Shown: positions 7,540 to 17,384 of the stretch, piece by piece
How the letters are laid out: every line of letters starts with the position of its first letter
Position numbering within the stretch: the stretch's first letter is position 1
Source of the DNA: an uncultured Gammaproteobacteria bacterium
GTDB taxonomy: Bacteria; Patescibacteriota; Patescibacteriia; UBA11705; JABHMO01
Reading direction: 5' to 3'
DNA: 64,000 bases
NCBI GenBank assembly: GCA_964590105.1
Contig: CAZPYM010000001.1
Span: forward strand, 160,395-224,394
The notes under the pieces: model-generated
Databases searched by the model: none
The model's input: the letters and a program-made list of their open reading frames with translations, nothing else
Told to the model about the DNA's origin: nothing
Made by a program: the position numbers and the translations under genes

Positions 7540-8556
7540 ATGGCAATATCTTCAAATAAAAATTTACGCAGTGCTAATAAGGCAAAGAAAGATGAGTTTT
7601 ATACTCAGCTTTCAGATATTGAAAAGGAATTAGGGCATTATAAAGAACATTTTAAAAATAAAGTCGTATATTGCAACTGCGATGATCCGCGTGTGAGTAA
7701 TTTCTTTCATTATTTTTCTTATAATTTTGAAAGGTTAGGTCTGAAAAAGTTAATTACCACTTGTTATAAAAATCAGGAAGTAAATTTGTTTAGTCAAAAT
7801 AATTCTGAAAAAGCAATTTATTTGGAATACAAGGGAGATAAAAATGAAAAAAATGTTCCAGACATTGAAGAAATTGGGGTTAAACATTTAAGAAAAGATG
7901 GCGATTTTCGTAGTGAGGAAAGTATAGAACTTTTGAAACAAACCGATATTGTTGTGACAAATCCACCGTTCTCTTTATTTAGAGAGTATGTAGCACAACT
8001 CATGGAGTATGATAAAAAATTTATAATTATTGGAAATTTGAACGCATTAACTTATAAAGAAATATTCAAATTAATTAAAGAAAATAAGATGTGGTTAGGA
8101 GCGAGTATTCATAGTGGCGATAGAGAGTTTGGGGTTCCAAAAGATTATCCATTAACCGCCGCCAGTAGCAGGATTGATGAGAATGGAAATAAATACATTA
8201 GAGTTAAGGGGGTGCGTTGGTATACAAATTTAGATTATAAAGAAAGACATGAAAATTTAATTCTTTATAAAAAATATAAAGGACACGAAGACGAATATCC
8301 AAAATTTGATAATTACAATGCCATTAACATAGACGTGACAAAAGATATTCCAATGGATTATAAGGGTGCAATAGGTGTACCAATTACTTTTATGGATAAA
8401 TACAATCCTGATCAATTTGATATTATTGATGGCATAGGAAGATATAGCATGCTAACAGGGCCCACTGATAAAACAAGAGGAACTTATTTAACTAAAATTG
8501 ATGGTAAACCTAAATATGCACGAATTATTATAAAAAATAAGAAAGTTAATAAATAA
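7540..8556 (+). CDS. N6-adenine (amino-)DNA methyltransferase, EcoRI-methylase-like family.
   Basis: VVTNPPFSLF is motif IV (NPPF). The N-terminal KKDEFYTQ...KVVYCNCDDPRVSNFF...LGLKKLITTCYKNQ matches what I recall of the M.EcoRI family. That is a recollection, not a search. Confidence 0.65.
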   Translation: MAISSNKNLRSANKAKKDEFYTQLSDIEKELGHYKEHFKNKVVYCNCDDPRVSNFFHYFSYNFERLGLKKLITTCYKNQEVNLFSQNNSEKAIYLEYKGDKNEKNVPDIEEIGVKHLRKDGDFRSEESIELLKQTDIVVTNPPFSLFREYVAQLMEYDKKFIIIGNLNALTYKEIFKLIKENKMWLGASIHSGDREFGVPKDYPLTAASSRIDENGNKYIRVKGVRWYTNLDYKERHENLILYKKYKGHEDEYPKFDNYNAINIDVTKDIPMDYKGAIGVPITFMDKYNPDQFDIIDGIGRYSMLTGPTDKTRGTYLTKIDGKPKYARIIIKNKKVNK

Positions 8557-8560
8557 AATT

Positions 8561-9643
8561 ATGAAAATAGAACTTAAAAAAATTACAGTCAGTGAATTAA
8601 CTAACGGCTTTAAAGATAACGACGAAAACGGTGTTGTGGGTTATGGTGGCAAACTTGATATTCGCCCGCCTTATCAAAGAGAGTTTATTTATAAAGATAA
8701 ACAAAGAGACGCCGTTATTGACACTATCACAAGAAACTTTCCTCTAAATGTAATGTATTGGGCTGTGCGTGAAGACGGAAATTTTGAAGTAATAGACGGA
8801 CAACAAAGGACAATTTCAGCTTGCCAGTATGTTAATGGCGATTTTTCGGTGGACGGACTGGCTTTTCATAATTTAACAAAAGATAAGAAAGAACAAATTT
8901 TAAATTATGAATTGACGATATATTTTTGCTCTGGTACTGATAGCGAAAAATTGGAATGGTTTAAAATAATTAATATTGCTGGAGAAAGATTAACCGATCA
9001 AGAATTGAGAAATGCGGTTTATTCGGGTTCGTGGGTATCTGACGCTAAACGCTATTTTAGTAAAAATGGTTGTGCCGCTTATGGAATTGGTAGCGATTAT
9101 CTGAATGGCTCGCCAATTCGGCAAGAATATTTAGAAACTGCTATTAAGTGGATTTCTAATGGGAAAATTGAAAATTACATGTCAAAACACCAGCACGATC
9201 AAAACGCAAGTGCTTTATGGAGATATTTTCAAGATGTTATTACTTGGGTAAGTACAACTTTTACTAAAAAAAGGAAATTTATGAAAGGGGTTGAGTGGGG
9301 TACTCTTTACAACACTTACAAAGACGAAAAATATAATACGAAAGAAATTGAAGAAGAAACAGAAAAATTAATACTTGATGATGATGTAACAAAAAAGAGC
9401 GGTATTTATCCATATATTTTAACTCGCAATGAAAAATATCTTTCTATTCGTGCCTTTTCAGACGCTACCAAACAAAAAATATTTGAGAAACAAAAAGGAG
9501 TTTGCGTAGTATGTAAAGAAAAATTTGAAATTGAAGAAATGGAAGCAGATCATATTACACCTTGGCACGAGGGTGGCAAAACAACAGACAAAAATTGTCA
9601 GATGTTATGCAAAGAATGTAATAGACGAAAGTCTGGTAAATAA
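8561..9643 (+). CDS. DUF262 (ParB-like, DGQQR) + C-terminal HNH nuclease. Putative restriction/type IV-like endonuclease.
   Basis: The N-terminus has IRPPYQREFIY...EVIDGQQRT (DUF262/GmrS-like). The C-terminus CVVCKEK...ADHITPWHEGGKT...NCQMLCKECNRRK is an HNH with two CxxC pairs. Confidence 0.75.
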   Translation: MKIELKKITVSELTNGFKDNDENGVVGYGGKLDIRPPYQREFIYKDKQRDAVIDTITRNFPLNVMYWAVREDGNFEVIDGQQRTISACQYVNGDFSVDGLAFHNLTKDKKEQILNYELTIYFCSGTDSEKLEWFKIINIAGERLTDQELRNAVYSGSWVSDAKRYFSKNGCAAYGIGSDYLNGSPIRQEYLETAIKWISNGKIENYMSKHQHDQNASALWRYFQDVITWVSTTFTKKRKFMKGVEWGTLYNTYKDEKYNTKEIEEETEKLILDDDVTKKSGIYPYILTRNEKYLSIRAFSDATKQKIFEKQKGVCVVCKEKFEIEEMEADHITPWHEGGKTTDKNCQMLCKECNRRKSGK

Positions 9644-9650
9644 AAATTCA

Positions 9651-12600
9651 ATGCTTGAGACCTTAAAAAATAAAATACTAGCAAGAGTTACCGAATGGCG
9701 GCGAGAGCAGTCATTATTTAAGGCTGTACAAGCAGAAAAAAAGATAACTCCAAGTATAAAGAAAATTATTAATAAAGACACAAAACCTCTTTGGTTTTCT
9801 CTTTGGGAAGCCACAATCGTTGTAGCTTTATTTATTTTTTTCTTGATTTTGACGCACGCCCAGACACTTTTCCCATACGAAAAATTTATTGAATTTATGG
9901 AATGGCTTTATCCATTTCAAGGAAGTCCATTCGCACTAACAGACGGCAACCATTATCAGAATTTAATCGCAATACATGCTGGTATAGGTGCGGTTCTTAT
10001 TGGTTTAGCTTTTTTTCTTGCTCAAGAGATCGCAAAAGAAAAAAATAAAGAAGGTTCATACAAAGGATTTGTCATATTACGCAGAACTCGATTTTTCACT
10101 CTTTTACTAGCTGAGATTTTATTTTTCTTTATTTTCGCTTGGGGGTCAGTAAATATCTTGGCAACTATTCCAGTATTTTTAATAGGAATTTTTACCCTTT
10201 ATTCTTTATATAATGCCTTACACTTAATTTTTGATAACTTTGAATTAAAGAAGGAAGAAAAAAAGATATTTTCTGCTAGTTTACATAATAGTTTTCTGAA
10301 AGTTTTAGATTTAGAAATTACAAAGCTAATTGGCGACAGTCAACTACGCAATCTATCAAAGGATTATGAAGGGTTTATTGAAATAACCCCATTTTCTCCT
10401 GTTAATAAACAAAACTACACACCTATTAAAACAAATAAGTCGGGTATATTTACTAACTTAAACCTGAAAACATTAAAAAATTTATTAACAAAGCTTGAAG
10501 AGAAAGCTCCAATGGAAAACGAAGTAGCCACAATGGGTTCTGCCCCTCAAGCTACAATATCTAATCCAAGAACGAGAAATCCTTATTGTTATTTATCGCC
10601 ACGCTTCTTTTCTGATACTAAAGAAGTAAATGATGTGCTTCTTTGGGTTCGAAATGATCTGTTAAAAGATGAGGAAGTTGCAGGCGAGGTTAAAGAACTT
10701 ATACGCAAAGCATTTACAATAACAAAGCTAGATTTTGATTTAGAGCATGCACGAAACGATATAAGAAAATTAAAACTTCTTTCTTTGGATTTAGTAAAGG
10801 ATCAGAGAGGTGATGAACTAAGTGAAGTTTTAAATAATTATACAAAGCTCATTGAGGATTTCTATTCATATTTGGAACCATACGGCGGAGGCTTTTCAGA
10901 AAAGCAAGCCCACGATATGTCTATGGAGATATTTTTCGGAGGACTCAAACCCGTGGCATGGATAAGTGAGGATATTCGGGAAATATTTGAGCGAGGCATT
11001 GAATCTGATAGCAAGGAAATCATTAAAGAAGTTGCTTATCTTCCCGTGCGTTTAATACGATACGCCATTGATTATAAAGACCACTTGATTTTTCAACAAT
11101 TTCAATATTATCCATTTAGACTATATCAAGCTCATGTAAATGCGAAAAAAGCAGGAAAGGATGAATTGGCTACTTTTCTTTTTGATAGATCTTGGCGTTA
11201 TCTAAAAGAAATTTCTGATTATTACTTAGAGCCCAAACTGAAAAAAGATGAAGATTATCCAGAAGAAGAGGTGCGTAATTTTGCATGTGCGATCCTAAAA
11301 ATATTCCAAGGATTGCTTAAAAACTCTTTTGACGAAAGAGATGTTGAAAGTTTTAAAACATACCTATCAACAGCCAGTGGTCTTTTTAGACATTTAGATA
11401 TTACAGATCGTTATGAGAACGAAAAAACAGAGCAGATCGCAGATTTTCTTAAGAACAAAAAGAATGAAATGCTATTTGGTCTTGCCAGCTGGATTTTTTA
11501 TAAACTTGCTCAAAATAAAGACGAGGAAGTAGTTAAACAATTTTATAATGTTATTCAGAACTCCACTCCCTCAAAAATAGAGGAACTCACAAATATATTT
11601 TCTCGTACGCATAGTTTTGAAGTGGAAGATTTTTGGGGGTGGGATAATTGGGAAATGTCCGAAAAAGGAGAGGGGCAAGTACACTCAATACAAATTCTCG
11701 AGAAGTTGGAAAAATTTTACGCGATTAGATCACTTTCTCTTTTATCAGCAAAAAGTAATGAAGAGATTGAAAAAATAGAATTACCACATTCAAGAGATTT
11801 GGCTTATTTAGCAGAAGGCACAAGAGATTTAGTGAAAACTCTCGATGATATCAAAACAAACCCTAAAAACTGGCACTTTGTTTTGAATGATAATTCTATA
11901 AACAAAGTTGATCTGCTAAAAGCTTTACTCACTAAAGCAAAAGAAGTGCAGGAACAAGAAGAAGTGGAACTTAAGAAAGAACAAGCAATTTCACAAAAGC
12001 GAGTACAGGAATTTAAAAAAGAAGTATTGAAGACTTTCTATGAGGGCGCAAATATGCGAGATATTTTTGCAAAACACTTCAACGCATACGAGGATAATAC
12101 AAAAGAGAAGACCGATAAAAAAGATCGATTTGGAATAAACATTGTTGACGATAAAGCATCATTCTTTGACGAGTGGCATGTTCACTATGTTGGTTGTGGT
12201 GAAAACTATGGTCGTGATCTCGCTTCTGGTGAAAATTCATATCTGCTTGATGACATGGCAAAAAATTGTACGGAAATTTCTAAAGAAAATTTTGAGGCAA
12301 CGCTGGCAAAAATTGAAAATTCAGACGATATAGTAATTTTTGCTACAAATATTGCATTTTGGCGATTTTTTGAAGACTCAAAGAACTTCAAGCCAAAGTG
12401 GCAGAGGGATATTGAACAACTTGATGTTAAGGGATTTGGTGGCTGGTATGACTTCAATGGAAAATCAATTCCTGTTTTCGAGACATATCACAGAAAGGTT
12501 GATAAACAGATTTTGATTTTGAACAAATCAAAAATTGGAAAATTTATTCAGTTGTCTCCGCTCAACGAAGAAGAGAAAGAAGAATCTATTGAGGATATTT

Positions 12601-12809
12601 TCTATATGGACATACAGGCATTTTCCGAAAACGAGGAACTGATGGAAGAATTTATCAAAAAACCGCCAGAATGGTTAAAGCAAATTGGAGACGAACAGAA
12701 ACAACGTGAACATTTACGAGAACGAGTTCGTATTCAGATTTTTGAAAGATTTCAGTATAACAAGTCAGAAGTTTTTGAGGGATACAAGCTATTTTTAAAA
12801 GAAGATTAA
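9651..12809 (+). CDS. Large (1052 aa) membrane-anchored protein of unknown function.
   Basis: I chose the start at the first ATG (MLETLKNK...), 8 nt after the HNH stop; the ORF-track start at 9525 is a TTG overlapping the HNH gene. It has 4-5 N-terminal TM helices and then ~800 aa of soluble sequence with no Walker or other catalytic motif I recognise. Confidence 0.5.
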   Translation: MLETLKNKILARVTEWRREQSLFKAVQAEKKITPSIKKIINKDTKPLWFSLWEATIVVALFIFFLILTHAQTLFPYEKFIEFMEWLYPFQGSPFALTDGNHYQNLIAIHAGIGAVLIGLAFFLAQEIAKEKNKEGSYKGFVILRRTRFFTLLLAEILFFFIFAWGSVNILATIPVFLIGIFTLYSLYNALHLIFDNFELKKEEKKIFSASLHNSFLKVLDLEITKLIGDSQLRNLSKDYEGFIEITPFSPVNKQNYTPIKTNKSGIFTNLNLKTLKNLLTKLEEKAPMENEVATMGSAPQATISNPRTRNPYCYLSPRFFSDTKEVNDVLLWVRNDLLKDEEVAGEVKELIRKAFTITKLDFDLEHARNDIRKLKLLSLDLVKDQRGDELSEVLNNYTKLIEDFYSYLEPYGGGFSEKQAHDMSMEIFFGGLKPVAWISEDIREIFERGIESDSKEIIKEVAYLPVRLIRYAIDYKDHLIFQQFQYYPFRLYQAHVNAKKAGKDELATFLFDRSWRYLKEISDYYLEPKLKKDEDYPEEEVRNFACAILKIFQGLLKNSFDERDVESFKTYLSTASGLFRHLDITDRYENEKTEQIADFLKNKKNEMLFGLASWIFYKLAQNKDEEVVKQFYNVIQNSTPSKIEELTNIFSRTHSFEVEDFWGWDNWEMSEKGEGQVHSIQILEKLEKFYAIRSLSLLSAKSNEEIEKIELPHSRDLAYLAEGTRDLVKTLDDIKTNPKNWHFVLNDNSINKVDLLKALLTKAKEVQEQEEVELKKEQAISQKRVQEFKKEVLKTFYEGANMRDIFAKHFNAYEDNTKEKTDKKDRFGINIVDDKASFFDEWHVHYVGCGENYGRDLASGENSYLLDDMAKNCTEISKENFEATLAKIENSDDIVIFATNIAFWRFFEDSKNFKPKWQRDIEQLDVKGFGGWYDFNGKSIPVFETYHRKVDKQILILNKSKIGKFIQLSPLNEEEKEESIEDIFYMDIQAFSENEELMEEFIKKPPEWLKQIGDEQKQREHLRERVRIQIFERFQYNKSEVFEGYKLFLKED

Positions 12810-12872
12810 TCCCGAAAATATAAAATATTTACAGCTATTTTTTTAATAGACCTGTAAATTTTCCACAATACA

Positions 12873-12901
12873 AGTTCTAACATCGTCCGCGACCCCGAGC
12901 C
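12873..12901. repeat. 29-nt direct repeat copy 1 (gttctaacatcgtccGcgaccccgagcca), followed by a hairpin and T-run.
   Basis: It matches 16837-16865 at 28 of 29 positions. It is followed by AAAAGCTCTTCACacttaGTGAAGCGCTTTTGTTTT, a terminator-like hairpin. Confidence 0.6.
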
Positions 12902-13112
12902 AACAAAAGCTCTTCACACTTAGTGAAGCGCTTTTGTTTTGACGAATAACCTTACAAATTAATACAACAGCCAGTGTTTTCAATTGATGTTATATTGTAA
13001 ATAAATAATCCCCTCTAAAAATTGACAAATTATAATTATGGGTATATACTCACTATAAAGATATCCAAAGGTCGAATAGCTAATCGTTATTAAAACATAA
13101 CCATACAAATGT

Positions 13113-13352
13113 ATGCCAAAAATGGATGGAACCGGCCCTGTCGGGCAAGGTGCAGGCACTGGACGAGGAATGGGCCCCTGCGGAGCTGGGAATAGATTGG
13201 GCCGAGGCTGTTGCGGAGGCTTCGGGCAAGGTCGCAGGAGATTTATTGCTCCTAAAAACGAGTTGTCCGCTTTAGAAAACGAGGAAAAAATGTTGCTAGA
13301 AGAGTTAGAAGTTATAAGGGCTGAGAAAGAAGCTCTAACGGTTCAAAAATAA
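13113..13352 (+). CDS. DUF5320-like small protein.
   Basis: MPKMDGTGPVGQGAGTGRGMGPCGAG... shows the Gly-rich MP.GDGTGP.G.GP.TGRG pattern of DUF5320 proteins, plus a C-terminal coiled coil. Confidence 0.5.
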   Translation: MPKMDGTGPVGQGAGTGRGMGPCGAGNRLGRGCCGGFGQGRRRFIAPKNELSALENEEKMLLEELEVIRAEKEALTVQK

Positions 13353-13461
13353 AAGAAGGCACAGGAACTAGCCCCTTTATAAAAGGGGCTAGGGCGCCTT
13401 CTCTTATAAAGGAGAATAACAAATTTATCATAAAGTTTCAATACAAAAGCCAACGTAAAAT

Positions 13462-14199
13462 ATGAAATTAAAAAACAAAGTAGCTATTATTACCGGTGCC
13501 GCCGCTGGTATCGGTAAAGCAATCGCTGAAAAATTTATCAGCGAAGGTGCACTTGTGGTTTTTTCTGATGTCAATGGAGACGATTCTTTCGTTTCTGAAT
13601 TTGGTGGAAAAGCCTTATTTATAAAATGTGATGTTTCTAATTCCAACGAGGTAGACAATTTAATACGCGCAACAGTTAATCATTTTGGCAAAATCGACAT
13701 TATGGTCAACAATGCTGGGATTGGTGGTTTGGGCGGTATTATAGATGTAACCGACGAAAGTTGGGCTAAAACTATAAGTATTAATCTTTCAGGGACAATG
13801 TATTGTATGCGTTCCGCTGCCAAAGCAATGAAAGATCTAGCAATTAAAGGATCAATTATAAATTTAAGTTCTATTTTGGGAAAAGTAGGCTTTAATGGAG
13901 CTATTGCTTATTGCGCCTCCAAAGGAGGCGTAGTTCAACTCACACATGCGGGGGCACTTGATCTTGCCTCGCTACATATTCGGGTAAACGCCATCGCCCC
14001 CGGATTTATTGAGACTAACATGACGAAAGATCTCTTAGAACAAAAAGAATTTAATGATTTAGTTACTTCTTCGACGCCACTCGGTTATGTCGGAAAAACA
14101 AAAGACATTGCTAATGCAGCCGTTTATCTTGCTTCCGACGACTCAAGCTACGTAACAGGCAGTGTTATTTATGTTGACGGAGGCTGGACGGCAAAGTAA
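13462..14199 (+). CDS. SDR family oxidoreductase (FabG-like).
   Basis: TGAAAGIGKA is the Rossmann motif, NNAGI is present, and the catalytic YCASKGG (YxxxK) is present. Confidence 0.85.
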   Translation: MKLKNKVAIITGAAAGIGKAIAEKFISEGALVVFSDVNGDDSFVSEFGGKALFIKCDVSNSNEVDNLIRATVNHFGKIDIMVNNAGIGGLGGIIDVTDESWAKTISINLSGTMYCMRSAAKAMKDLAIKGSIINLSSILGKVGFNGAIAYCASKGGVVQLTHAGALDLASLHIRVNAIAPGFIETNMTKDLLEQKEFNDLVTSSTPLGYVGKTKDIANAAVYLASDDSSYVTGSVIYVDGGWTAK

Positions 14200-14207
14200 T
14201 CAATTTT

Positions 14208-14498
14208 ATGTCAAGACCACAACAATGCTTATGTAAAGCGATAAAATTTAAACCGAATATCAGCTACTTTAAACCACAAGGGGTTCCCATGCGGGATTTA
14301 AAAGTAGTAGAACTTTCGTTAGAAGAAATTGAGGCTTATCGTCTTCGTCATATAGAGGATATGGATCAACAGTTAGCGGCAGAAAAAATGAAAACATCAA
14401 CTAGTACTTATCAAAGAATCCTTAACTCCGCCTACAAAAAGGTCGCGGATGCTATCACCAACGGGAAGGCGATTAAAATTATTAAACACAATAACTAG
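14208..14498 (+). CDS. DUF134/UPF0251-family predicted DNA-binding protein.
   Basis: FKPQGVPMRDLKVVELSLEEIEAYRLRHIEDMDQQLAAEKM...ADAITNGKAIKI matches the conserved UPF0251 layout (F.P.G.P...L...E.EA.RL.D). Confidence 0.55.
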   Translation: MSRPQQCLCKAIKFKPNISYFKPQGVPMRDLKVVELSLEEIEAYRLRHIEDMDQQLAAEKMKTSTSTYQRILNSAYKKVADAITNGKAIKIIKHNN

Positions 14499-14499
14499 T

Positions 14500-15240
14500 A
14501 TGCTGACATTATTAATGATAATTAGCGGGACTTTCGTTATTACTCTATGTGTTTGGGTGGCAGTGCTGTTTATTTTTCTAAAAAAAGAAAACCTAACAAA
14601 AATTACAATGTTCCTCGTTTCTCTGTCAGCCGGCGCCTTAATGGGTGGAGCTTTTTTGCATTTAATGCCCGAGGCTTCAGAACAAATAAGGGCAGACCTA
14701 TTGTTCGGAATTTTCCTTGTCTCTTTTGTAGTTTTCTTTTTGATAGAAAAACTTCTCCACTGGCGGCATTGCCATAAAGCTGACTGTCCGATTCACACTT
14801 TTGGTCACATGAATTTGATCGGCGACAGCATCCATAATTTCATAGATGGGTTGATAATCGCTAGTACATTCATGGTTAACCCAAGCTTAGGCATCGCAAC
14901 CACATTAGCTGTGGCTATTCACGAAATCCCCCAAGAAATTGGTGATTACGGTGTACTGATCCATGCGGGATTTAAAAGCAAAAAAGCCTTAATCCTTAAT
15001 TATTTAGTTGCTCTTACTGTAGTGCTAGGCGGAATAGTTGGATATTTCTTTTTTTCTCATTTGAATAATGTATTACCATACCTCCTTCCCTTTGCGGCTG
15101 GTGGCTTTGTTTATATTGCCGCCTCTGATTTAATGCCAGAAATAAGAAAAGAAACCAACCTTAAAAAATCCATAGGCACATTCATAATATTTATCACGGG
15201 CATATTACTTATGTATTTAGTAAAATTAATAAATCACTAA
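14500..15240 (+). CDS. ZIP family metal (zinc) transporter.
   Basis: It has the HEIPQEIGDYGVL signature, His-rich TM helices and multiple TMs. I chose the start at the ATG just after the upstream stop. Confidence 0.75.
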   Translation: MLTLLMIISGTFVITLCVWVAVLFIFLKKENLTKITMFLVSLSAGALMGGAFLHLMPEASEQIRADLLFGIFLVSFVVFFLIEKLLHWRHCHKADCPIHTFGHMNLIGDSIHNFIDGLIIASTFMVNPSLGIATTLAVAIHEIPQEIGDYGVLIHAGFKSKKALILNYLVALTVVLGGIVGYFFFSHLNNVLPYLLPFAAGGFVYIAASDLMPEIRKETNLKKSIGTFIIFITGILLMYLVKLINH

Positions 15241-15244
15241 AAGT

Positions 15245-15514
15245 ATGAAAGTACTAAAATTTGGGGCAGTTTGGTGCCCAGGATGCCTTGTTATGAAGCC
15301 CAGATGGAAAGAAATAGAAACAGAAAATTCTTGGCTCCAGACAGAATACCATGATTTTGACCAAGACAAAGAAATTGTGGGAAAATATAACATCACTAAT
15401 GTCTTGCCTGTTTTTATATTTTTAGATAAAAATGACAATGAATTTTTGCGTTTAGACGGCGAAATAGAAAAAGACAAACTGATCGAAATCATCAACCAAA
15501 ACAAGGAAAAATAG
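15245..15514 (+). CDS. Thioredoxin-like protein.
   Basis: Contains a WCPGC active-site motif. Confidence 0.6.
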   Translation: MKVLKFGAVWCPGCLVMKPRWKEIETENSWLQTEYHDFDQDKEIVGKYNITNVLPVFIFLDKNDNEFLRLDGEIEKDKLIEIINQNKEK

Positions 15515-15517
15515 ATT

Positions 15518-16789
15518 ATGAAATTTGATATTAAAAAAATATTAGGATTATCACTGCTCACCCTTGTTCTTTTGATTCAACCTATCTACGCTCAAAGCCT
15601 TCCGATCAATGCTTACTTCTTTTATGGTGACGGCTGTCCGCATTGTGCTCAAGAACGACAATTCCTATTTCATGAATTGAAAAGCGAATATCCAAATCTA
15701 GAAATCTATGAATACGAAATCTATAACAACAGAACCAACACCCTTCTCTTGCAACAGGTGTCCGATAAATTAGGGGTCGGCGTGGACGGTGTCCCTTTTT
15801 TAGTTATCAGTGATCAGCACTTTATCGGCTACGCCAATGGCATGACTTCAGCGGCGATAAAAAATAAAATTGCTGAATGTTCATTAGAAAAATGTCCAGA
15901 TTCAGTTGCTTCTGTTGTTGGTGTTGAAACAAAAGAAGTTATGCCGACAATGACAAACAAAACAGAGGGCACTGAACTTAGAAAGGAAACAACTGAAATT
16001 CAATCTCCGTTAAGCGATAATGTTTTAGCAGAGCAAAATAAAAAAATGGTAAAACTACCTTTATTAGGAGAAATTAATGCCGCTAGTTTTTCACTACCCG
16101 TGCTGACTATCGCCATGGGCGCATTGGATGGATTTAATCCTTGTGCGATGTGGACACTTTTATTTTTAATTAGTTTGTTGTTGGGGATGAAAAACAGAAA
16201 AAGAATGTGGGCATTAGGAACAGTATTTATTGTTACTTCAGCTTCCGTTTATTTTTTATTCATGGCCGCTTGGCTTAATTTAATACTATTTTTAGGCTTT
16301 GTTGTTTGGGTCAGAATCTTAATCGGCGTTTTAGCCCTTTTGGGGGGAGGTTACAGTATCAAAGAATTTCTATTTAACAAAGATAGCGGATGTAAAGTGA
16401 CTGGTGATGAAAAAAGACAAAAAACTTTTGATAAGATGAAGCTGGCAGTTCAACAAAATAGCCTGTGGTTAGCAATAGGGGGAATAATCATTTTAGCCTT
16501 TGCTGTCAATTTAGTTGAGCTTATTTGCTCAGCCGGTTTACCAGCGGTATATACACAGGTGTTAGCGTTAAATGAAATGGCTCGTTGGCAATATTACCTC
16601 TATATATTAATATACATTTTCTTTTTCATGTTGGATGATCTCTTTATTTTCTTTATTGCCATGATCACACTCGAAATGACAGGAATTACAACCAAGTATG
16701 CTAAAATTTCTCGCCTCGTTGGCGGATTGATAATGTTAGCGATCGGATTAATGTTGATATTCAAACCTGGCTGGTTGATGTTTGGCTAA
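15518..16789 (+). CDS. Thioredoxin-like domain fused to a CcdA/DsbD-family transmembrane thiol-disulfide transporter.
   Basis: It has a signal/TM segment then GDGCPHCAQE (CxxC). The C-terminal polytopic domain carries the conserved TM cysteine (GFNPCAMW) typical of CcdA/DsbD. Confidence 0.65.
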   Translation: MKFDIKKILGLSLLTLVLLIQPIYAQSLPINAYFFYGDGCPHCAQERQFLFHELKSEYPNLEIYEYEIYNNRTNTLLLQQVSDKLGVGVDGVPFLVISDQHFIGYANGMTSAAIKNKIAECSLEKCPDSVASVVGVETKEVMPTMTNKTEGTELRKETTEIQSPLSDNVLAEQNKKMVKLPLLGEINAASFSLPVLTIAMGALDGFNPCAMWTLLFLISLLLGMKNRKRMWALGTVFIVTSASVYFLFMAAWLNLILFLGFVVWVRILIGVLALLGGGYSIKEFLFNKDSGCKVTGDEKRQKTFDKMKLAVQQNSLWLAIGGIIILAFAVNLVELICSAGLPAVYTQVLALNEMARWQYYLYILIYIFFFMLDDLFIFFIAMITLEMTGITTKYAKISRLVGGLIMLAIGLMLIFKPGWLMFG

Positions 16790-16836
16790 AGTATTTTTCA
16801 GTTTGATTTAAAATTTTAACATGAAGGATGACTTCG

Positions 16837-16865
16837 GTTCTAACATCGTCCACGACCCCGAGCCA
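16837..16865. repeat. 29-nt direct repeat copy 2 (gttctaacatcgtccAcgaccccgagcca), followed by a hairpin and T-run.
   Basis: It lies immediately 3' of the CcdA-fusion gene. It is followed by GGCACCACTCGtttttttaggaaagtGAGTGGTGCtttgtttt. Confidence 0.6.
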
Positions 16866-17355
16866 GGCACCACTCGTTTTTTTAGGAAAGTGAGTGGTGC
16901 TTTGTTTTAAGTTTAACTCGGGTGCCTGGTAAGCCAGAATCTACCTGTTATTCCGGAAAAATGAGTGGTTTTACCTAGGGATATTGTGGAAACTCTGGGA
17001 TTTAGCTATAATATAGACATATTGTTATTTCTTTATATAAAATCATGGGCTAAATATTTTCATTGTTTTTATCAAGTTTGCCCTGGAATTTTAACGATTA
17101 TGACTTGTTAAAACGGTGGGGGTTTGGGGGTAATTGCTGAGTCAGTGGCCATGGGTTATCGACGAAGTAACATCATCATTATATTCAATATCCACCTTGT
17201 GAATAATGGCGCGGGGGACTCAGAACCACGAAAAAGATGCTCTGACGCGAATCAATAACCCCCAAAACTTTTGTTACTTTTGGTTACAAAAGTAAAAGCT
17301 AGAAATAGAGATTTTTGCCTGTCTATACCGAATGATTCACTATAATAACGCATAG

Positions 17356-17384
17356 TTGACGTTTTGCCGGACCTGTGCTATGAT
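17356..17384 (+). promoter_or_regulatory. Sigma70-like promoter (-35 TTGACG, 17-nt spacer, -10 TATGAT) upstream of the RGG/zinc-ribbon gene.
   Basis: catagTTGACGttttgccggacctgtgcTATGATagg, about 40 nt before ATG 17423. Confidence 0.4.

Noticed and set aside
12873-12901. The 29-nt repeat as a tRNA 3' fragment.
   Set aside because: Attempted T-arm and acceptor folding fails. There is no TTCRA loop with complementary stems.
17085-17280. Possible tmRNA or RNase P RNA in the long intergenic region.
   Set aside because: I could not find tmRNA tRNA-like ends with CCA, a tag ORF ending in a stop after Ala codons, or the RNase P P4 consensus (GGAAAGUCC...). It is retained only as a generic structured-RNA candidate.
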